Source: an uncultured virus (IMG/VR IMGVR_UViG_641228477_000003) (taxonomy: Duplodnaviria; Heunggongvirae; Uroviricota; Caudoviricetes). Taken from it: a stretch of DNA of 20,000 bases. Below the pieces are notes generated by a model. That model searched no databases. It saw nothing but the letters and a program-made list of their open reading frames with translations, and was not told where the DNA came from. The position numbers were made by a program, and so were the translations under genes. Shown here piece by piece: positions 15,432 to 20,000 of this stretch. Numbering within the stretch: the first letter of the stretch is position 1; each line of letters opens with the position of its first letter. The stretch lies in IMG/VR virus record IMGVR_UViG_641228477_000003, positions 44,978 through 64,977 of that record; one strand, given 5' to 3'.

Positions 15432-16748
15432 GATAATCTTATCCATCAACGCACTAATGACATTCACCGTCACCGCATTGCCAGCCGTCTTATATAATTG
15501 TGCGTTTGATATGCCGTTTTCGTGTAGCAGCTCATGTATCTCATCTCTAAATCCCTGTAGCCTGAAACACTCTTTCGGCGTGATTTTCCGCACTTTCCAT
15601 TCATGCGTAAGTGTAACGAGATAGTTCGTAGTCTCTAGCGTATGACAAACGCCATGACCGACTCGACCACGCCTTGTCTTACTCGAAGGGAATTTGATAT
15701 TTATCGAATCACCTACACCAGCGACCGCATATCCCTTCTTCGTAGCTTCGAGAACAGCAACCTTCGGCTCTTGATTTCCACCTTGCATCGTAGTCAGCGC
15801 AGGAGAAACACCATTCGGTGAATACACACGTTTCAGGATATCGTGTCCTTTTACGTCAATTCGTCCGATACAGTCTGTTTCTAACTTTCCGACCATATCA
15901 GGCAGTCCATTTGCATCGAGCATCTTCAATATCTCGGCTGATGCGTCCTCTTTGATGTAGAATCTCTTATCTACACTTTCTTCGAGTATATCAATCAGCG
16001 ATACATTGACATCTTCTTGCGCAGGGAAGTCGAAGTTAAACGACTGTACGCCTAAATTCAATAGATTTCGCTTGCAGTTTGCAACCACATTCTTTCCTTT
16101 GATGCGCCATTCTTCGGACTGTACTAAATCCTTTCGTACACATACGACGAATATACGCTCCCTATTTTGGGCTACATCGAAGTACTTCGAATTGATGCTT
16201 TCGAAATCAATCACGTAGCCGATCTTGTTCATTGTTTCCGCAATCACTCGCATCGTTTCACCTTTTGCTGAAGAAATGAGTCCTTTTACATTCTCCATTA
16301 ATACTACCTTTGGTTGCGCATATTCAGCTACACGTGCCACCTCGTAGAATAGCATTCCACGTATATCCTTCGGCTTCGCTTCGTCACAACATTCGGTGCA
16401 TCTTACGTTACGCATCTTGTATCGTTCGAAGTCAATTACAAACTCATGCTTACATCGTGGATTGATGCATTTGTACATCATGCCATCTCTACCGCCAGCT
16501 ACTGAAAACGTAGGGCAGGGAAAGCCAGCAGTCAGGATATCGTGTCTCGGTACGTCCATTGATCGCACTTTCGTGATATCACCCACCGTCTTCTTTCCGT
16601 AAATCAATTCGTACGCTGTGTTTGCGTATTTATCGACTTCTGACGCCATAACGCAAATACCGCCTTTTCCATTCAGTGCTTGTTCGAAGCCACCGATTCC
16701 TGAAAAAAGCGATACATATTTAAACCATATATTACCCTCACTTCCCAT
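15414..16748 (-). CDS. DNA (cytosine-5)-methyltransferase
   Basis: Motifs I FSGIGG, IV GFPC, VI ENVKG, VIII QNRER, IX R..TPKECFRLQGF and X YK.AGNAV; start moved to ATG 16748 behind GAAAGGGTGG. Confidence 0.96.
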   Translation of the reverse strand: MGSEGNIWFKYVSLFSGIGGFEQALNGKGGICVMASEVDKYANTAYELIYGKKTVGDITKVRSMDVPRHDILTAGFPCPTFSVAGGRDGMMYKCINPRCKHEFVIDFERYKMRNVRCTECCDEAKPKDIRGMLFYEVARVAEYAQPKVVLMENVKGLISSAKGETMRVIAETMNKIGYVIDFESINSKYFDVAQNRERIFVVCVRKDLVQSEEWRIKGKNVVANCKRNLLNLGVQSFNFDFPAQEDVNVSLIDILEESVDKRFYIKEDASAEILKMLDANGLPDMVGKLETDCIGRIDVKGHDILKRVYSPNGVSPALTTMQGGNQEPKVAVLEATKKGYAVAGVGDSINIKFPSSKTRRGRVGHGVCHTLETTNYLVTLTHEWKVRKITPKECFRLQGFRDEIHELLHENGISNAQLYKTAGNAVTVNVISALMDKIIEGGYI

Positions 16749-16769
16749 ACATACCACCCTTTCACGTTT

Positions 16770-16792
16770 GGTACGTACATAAGGGCGTGAAG
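16770..16792 (-). promoter_or_regulatory. Phage-specific promoter-like motif, copy 4
   Basis: CTTCACGCCCTTATGTACGTACC; 16771-16806 matches 1178-1213 at 33/36 nt. Confidence 0.65.
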
Positions 16793-16796
16793 ACAT

Positions 16797-16829
16797 AAAA
16801 AAAGAGCGACCGCTTATGCGACCGCCTTT
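16797..16829 (-). terminator. Intrinsic terminator after GIY-YIG gene
   Basis: GGCGGTCGC-ATAA-GCGGTCGCT-CTTTTTTT (G-U rich stem). Confidence 0.75.
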
Positions 16830-17527
16830 TCGTTGATATGTCGTTTATATTCCTGAATCACATTCTCGTTTGCACGTGGCTTTCGAATTGTCTTGCCAGT
16901 GTTACAGAATGGGTTCAGTGCTTTAATCAGATACGTTTCGTAGATGTCTCGATGGAACACGTTACTTACATACATGTAGTCCACTCGATGCACAAGATCG
17001 TTACGCATCAATTCCTTTAACCGATGATTTGAACTGATACCAATTATGTGCGTATTCGTTCGGTGGTATAGGCTACCTGTGATTCCTACATACAATGGAT
17101 TGCTGAATGCATCATAGAATACATATACGCCAGCAACCATCTTCAGGTCGTCAATCAACGATAAATCACGTTTGACCGAATCTACATACACCGTCTTACG
17201 TATTGTAGGTGGTTTAATCGAAATCAGACCATCATCATACGCATTCTCGGATTGCTTCGCTTTGAATTCGACCGCCTTCGCAAACTCTTCAGCGATCAGT
17301 TTCTTTCGTTCGCCGTCCGTGACCATATATTTGCCGTTCTCGTTCAACTTACGTTTGATTCTCGTAATCGTTTCGCTGGATGTTGCGTTCACACAATCAT
17401 CGACAGACTTGATGTTATCGAAATGACGCCAGTACGTAGTGACCAGTAATCTGTCGTTTATGCGTGTCGCAGGATAATTCTGTAGAATGTATTCTACCTT
17501 CGCTTTCTTCGTTCGTTTTCGTGCCAT
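16814..17527 (-). CDS. GIY-YIG endonuclease with an N-terminal helical domain
   Basis: GVYVFY...PLYVG, R...H, E.YLI..LNP..N motifs in the C-terminal half. Confidence 0.88.
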   Translation of the reverse strand: MARKRTKKAKVEYILQNYPATRINDRLLVTTYWRHFDNIKSVDDCVNATSSETITRIKRKLNENGKYMVTDGERKKLIAEEFAKAVEFKAKQSENAYDDGLISIKPPTIRKTVYVDSVKRDLSLIDDLKMVAGVYVFYDAFSNPLYVGITGSLYHRTNTHIIGISSNHRLKELMRNDLVHRVDYMYVSNVFHRDIYETYLIKALNPFCNTGKTIRKPRANENVIQEYKRHINEKAVA

Positions 17528-17543
17528 TTCTCACACTCTCCCC

Positions 17544-17897
17544 TTAGAATGATATCTTCGTAGAACCACTTAAATGACCAGCATTTATGATTCCGCCTTG
17601 TATTTTCATGTTCGGGCCGCCTAACCACGCAGTCCCTTTTACTGGATTCAGGAATTCCACTGAAACAACTGTCGCATCCCTAATTTTCGGATTGTATATC
17701 ACCGCAAGTACAGGATGTGATTCCGACGGTTGTGGTACATTGATGATTTTTAGAATATCTACTACATCGCCACGCACATAATTGATAATATCTACATAGT
17801 CGTCGAACACATCGCCGTCATGTACTTCAGCAAGTCCAAATGATTCGTTTATTATTGCGCTATCCCCAACATTGAATTTATGATCGCTCATCATCAT
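17544..17897 (-). CDS. Hypothetical protein (SH3-like KFNVGD start)
   Basis: 117 aa, RBS AAAGGGG, operon context. Confidence 0.75.
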   Translation of the reverse strand: MMMSDHKFNVGDSAIINESFGLAEVHDGDVFDDYVDIINYVRGDVVDILKIINVPQPSESHPVLAVIYNPKIRDATVVSVEFLNPVKGTAWLGGPNMKIQGGIINAGHLSGSTKISF

Positions 17898-17923
17898 TTC
17901 CCCTTTACGTTGTATTTCGTACA

Positions 17924-17948
17924 GAAAAAGACGCCCTAGAGCGCCTTT
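17924..17948 (-). terminator. Intrinsic terminator
   Basis: Minus strand AAGGCGCTCTAGGGCGTCTTTTTC. Confidence 0.7.
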
Positions 17949-18319
17949 ATGCTGGTAACATTCGGATACATCGACATGACAGCCGAACGCATACCAAACG
18001 TCATTACTTCGTATTTCTTTCCTTCCTTTAACTTAGCCTGAAAGTCAGCACTATCGTACTTTCCAGCGAAGAAGCTGTCGGTGTTCTCAAGAACGTGAGT
18101 CTCGCCGTTCTCATCCTCGATTACAACGAAGAACTTATCGACACTATCAATACGCTTCGTGTATTTATCTACGACAGTACCGACGATAGGCTCACGTGAT
18201 TCCGAATTGTTCACGCTGGTGCGTACAGCCGAGCATGATATGGTAATAGCGAGAATGAACGCAATAATACCAGTGATGATTAGACCTCTACGGACATTAG
18301 TTCGTGATTTGCGGTTCAT
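17936..18319 (-). CDS. Membrane-anchored phage protein (DUF1523-like)
   Basis: Basic N-terminus plus TM helix, then VVDKY, ENTDSFF.GK.DS.D, G.R...SMYPN motifs. Confidence 0.75.
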   Translation of the reverse strand: MNRKSRTNVRRGLIITGIIAFILAITISCSAVRTSVNNSESREPIVGTVVDKYTKRIDSVDKFFVVIEDENGETHVLENTDSFFAGKYDSADFQAKLKEGKKYEVMTFGMRSAVMSMYPNVTSIKAL

Positions 18320-18693
18320 TATTTCACCGCCATTTCTTCGAAGTATCCACGTACGTTGCGTAGGAATTGCATTGCTTCCTCCGCCTTGGCTTCGTTAAGG
18401 ATGATGATCGCGTAATCACCAGCGCCATAGATTTCAACACGAATACTCTTGCTATCGCTTTGTCGTCTGATTTTCATGTAATAATTGTGCTTGTCTACCA
18501 AGCATTTAATATCCCCTGATGCTGTACCCTTCTCTAAGTTGGATTTTAGTACGCCCAGTAACACTGTAGGATTTACGAAGGTAGTACGATATGTGTCGTT
18601 AGCCTTAGCCATTAACGCAACATTTCCATTTGGCATCATCTTCATTTCCAGCGTGTCTTTTTCTCTATATGAGCAATTAATTGTCTTCTTCAT
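18319..18693 (-). CDS. Hypothetical protein, paralog family B
   Basis: 124 aa, ends EMAVK, coupled to its neighbours. Confidence 0.8.
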   Translation of the reverse strand: MKKTINCSYREKDTLEMKMMPNGNVALMAKANDTYRTTFVNPTVLLGVLKSNLEKGTASGDIKCLVDKHNYYMKIRRQSDSKSIRVEIYGAGDYAIIILNEAKAEEAMQFLRNVRGYFEEMAVK

Positions 18694-18694
18694 A

Positions 18695-19075
18695 CTATTT
18701 CACCGCCATTTCGTCGAGAACGCCGATAACGTTCTTTAAGTCATTCGTGAAGTCTGTGAATGTTTTTAAGCCCATAATCATCGCATGTAATGGCTCATTA
18801 GGCATTTTAATACCGATACCTACGTCGCCATCTGAATGATACGTCTTAATGTGTTTCTTTTCGCCAGCCTTGAATTTAGTGTCTGAAGTACCTTTATTGC
18901 GGTGAATCTCAAGTGAATTCAACAACTCTTTCGGTTGCTTGATTTCGGCTGTAACCATTGGTCTACCACCCATTGAAATCGTGAGATACGCCTTCTCGTC
19001 GTGCGCCACACATACCGACATAGTGTCGCCTGATACCCTAACGCATTCGATGTTTTTACCTGTGTACTTATTCAT
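18695..19075 (-). CDS. Hypothetical protein, paralog family B
   Basis: 126 aa, ends EMAVK, RBS AAGGGAG. Confidence 0.8.
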   Translation of the reverse strand: MNKYTGKNIECVRVSGDTMSVCVAHDEKAYLTISMGGRPMVTAEIKQPKELLNSLEIHRNKGTSDTKFKAGEKKHIKTYHSDGDVGIGIKMPNEPLHAMIMGLKTFTDFTNDLKNVIGVLDEMAVK

Positions 19076-19100
19076 TGTTCATCGCTCCCTTTTCGTTATT

Positions 19101-19120
19101 TACACTTTCATAAGGGCAGG
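19101..19120 (-). promoter_or_regulatory. Phage-specific promoter-like motif, copy 5
   Basis: CCTGCCCTTATGAAAGTGTA after a terminator. Confidence 0.65.
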
Positions 19121-19127
19121 TGAACGC

Positions 19128-19160
19128 AAAAAAAGAGCGATGCCTATGCAATCGCCCTCG
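19128..19160 (-). terminator. Intrinsic terminator
   Basis: GAGGGCGATTGC-ATAG-GCATCGCTC-TTTTTTT. Confidence 0.8.
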
Positions 19161-19965
19161 TACGGTTATAACTTTCGATATATACATTCAGCGCATCAGC
19201 GAACCACGTCGCAGTATTTTGCTCGAATTGCACCCACGTCGTATTCGGTAATTCACCATATTCGACCCCTACGTCTAGTTTTTCGCCATCTGTGCGTAGT
19301 ATTAATCTGTCCCCCTTACCTAACGAAAGGCTACACTTAATACCAGCGTAAAACGATGTCTTATCACGCCCGAAGATACGCATATATCTACGCAACCTAA
19401 ATACGTCTGTTCTCTTTAAATAGATGGTACGCTGTCTACCGCTACTCTCCATTGAGACATATAGGTCGCCACCTTTATCGACAGCAATAGCGATAGAGTC
19501 ATTCGCATCTACTACGCAATTGAACTCGCCTAGTTCCACCTGCACTTCGCCAATCTTCGCCATTTGCGTTTCCTTCTTGATGAACTCGACAGCTTCGTCT
19601 AACGCATCAGCAAAGTCCTGTGCAGTCTCTTTGTTTAATAGAATTGTGTAAGGCGTTACATTGCCCTCTTCGTAAATCATGATAGATAAATCGTCCATCC
19701 CATGCGCCTGATTAAGTACGATTTTACGTCCGTCCTTGACAGTAGTTGCGTCCTGATATGTGATAGCGCCTTCGCCTAAGATGTAGTCTTTCACGATGCT
19801 CTGTAGGATAACAAGTTCGAACATTTCCGCAGTAGTCCAAGCAACGCCGTCTGAAGTATCTAACATGAATGAAGCGTGGTAGTTTGAATCTACCGAAATC
19901 TCTAGTGTATCTTCCGTTTCGAATGCGCGTCTAATATTTGAAATTTCCTTAACTGTTGTAATCAT
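19144..19965 (-). CDS. Hypothetical protein, double-length member of paralog family B
   Basis: Start moved to ATG 19965 behind GGAGG; both halves end in FADAL helices. Confidence 0.8.
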   Translation of the reverse strand: MITTVKEISNIRRAFETEDTLEISVDSNYHASFMLDTSDGVAWTTAEMFELVILQSIVKDYILGEGAITYQDATTVKDGRKIVLNQAHGMDDLSIMIYEEGNVTPYTILLNKETAQDFADALDEAVEFIKKETQMAKIGEVQVELGEFNCVVDANDSIAIAVDKGGDLYVSMESSGRQRTIYLKRTDVFRLRRYMRIFGRDKTSFYAGIKCSLSLGKGDRLILRTDGEKLDVGVEYGELPNTTWVQFEQNTATWFADALNVYIESYNRTRAIA

Positions 19966-20000
19966 TATAAATTCCTCCAATTTAATTTATGTAAGTAGTT

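Noticed and set aside
16749..16796. N-terminal 16 codons of the listed 460-aa MTase ORF
   Set aside because: They overlap the promoter motif and RBS; ATG 16748 is the better start.
13986..19651. Plus-strand ORFs over the accessory genes (e.g. 14235-14729, 18939-19340)
   Set aside because: Antisense shadows of coupled minus-strand genes.

Overview
The window is 20 kb of a long-tailed (siphovirus-type) phage of a Bacillus-like Firmicute host, with almost all genes on the minus strand. 1-10927 is the morphogenesis module: terS, terL, an inserted nucleoside deoxyribosyltransferase, SPP1-type portal, minor head protein, scaffold, major capsid, head-tail joining and tail-completion genes, major tail protein, a tail assembly chaperone with a -1 frameshift, and the 5' end of the tape measure gene. 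11040-11588 (+) is a catalytic-domain-only tyrosine recombinase. About 1.8 kb of non-coding DNA follows (11590-13390), containing two helically phased short-repeat arrays, a G-quadruplex-like tract and a recombinase core-like inverted repeat; this is probably the packaging end plus a resolution site. 13394-13938 (+) is a two-micro-protein operon with an internal antisense promoter, resembling a type I toxin-antitoxin locus. 13938-19965 (-) holds accessory genes: two tandem paralog families, a C5 DNA methyltransferase with a zinc-ribbon insertion and a GIY-YIG nuclease. One phage-specific promoter-like motif (minus strand GYCCTTATGWAHGT) occurs five times.
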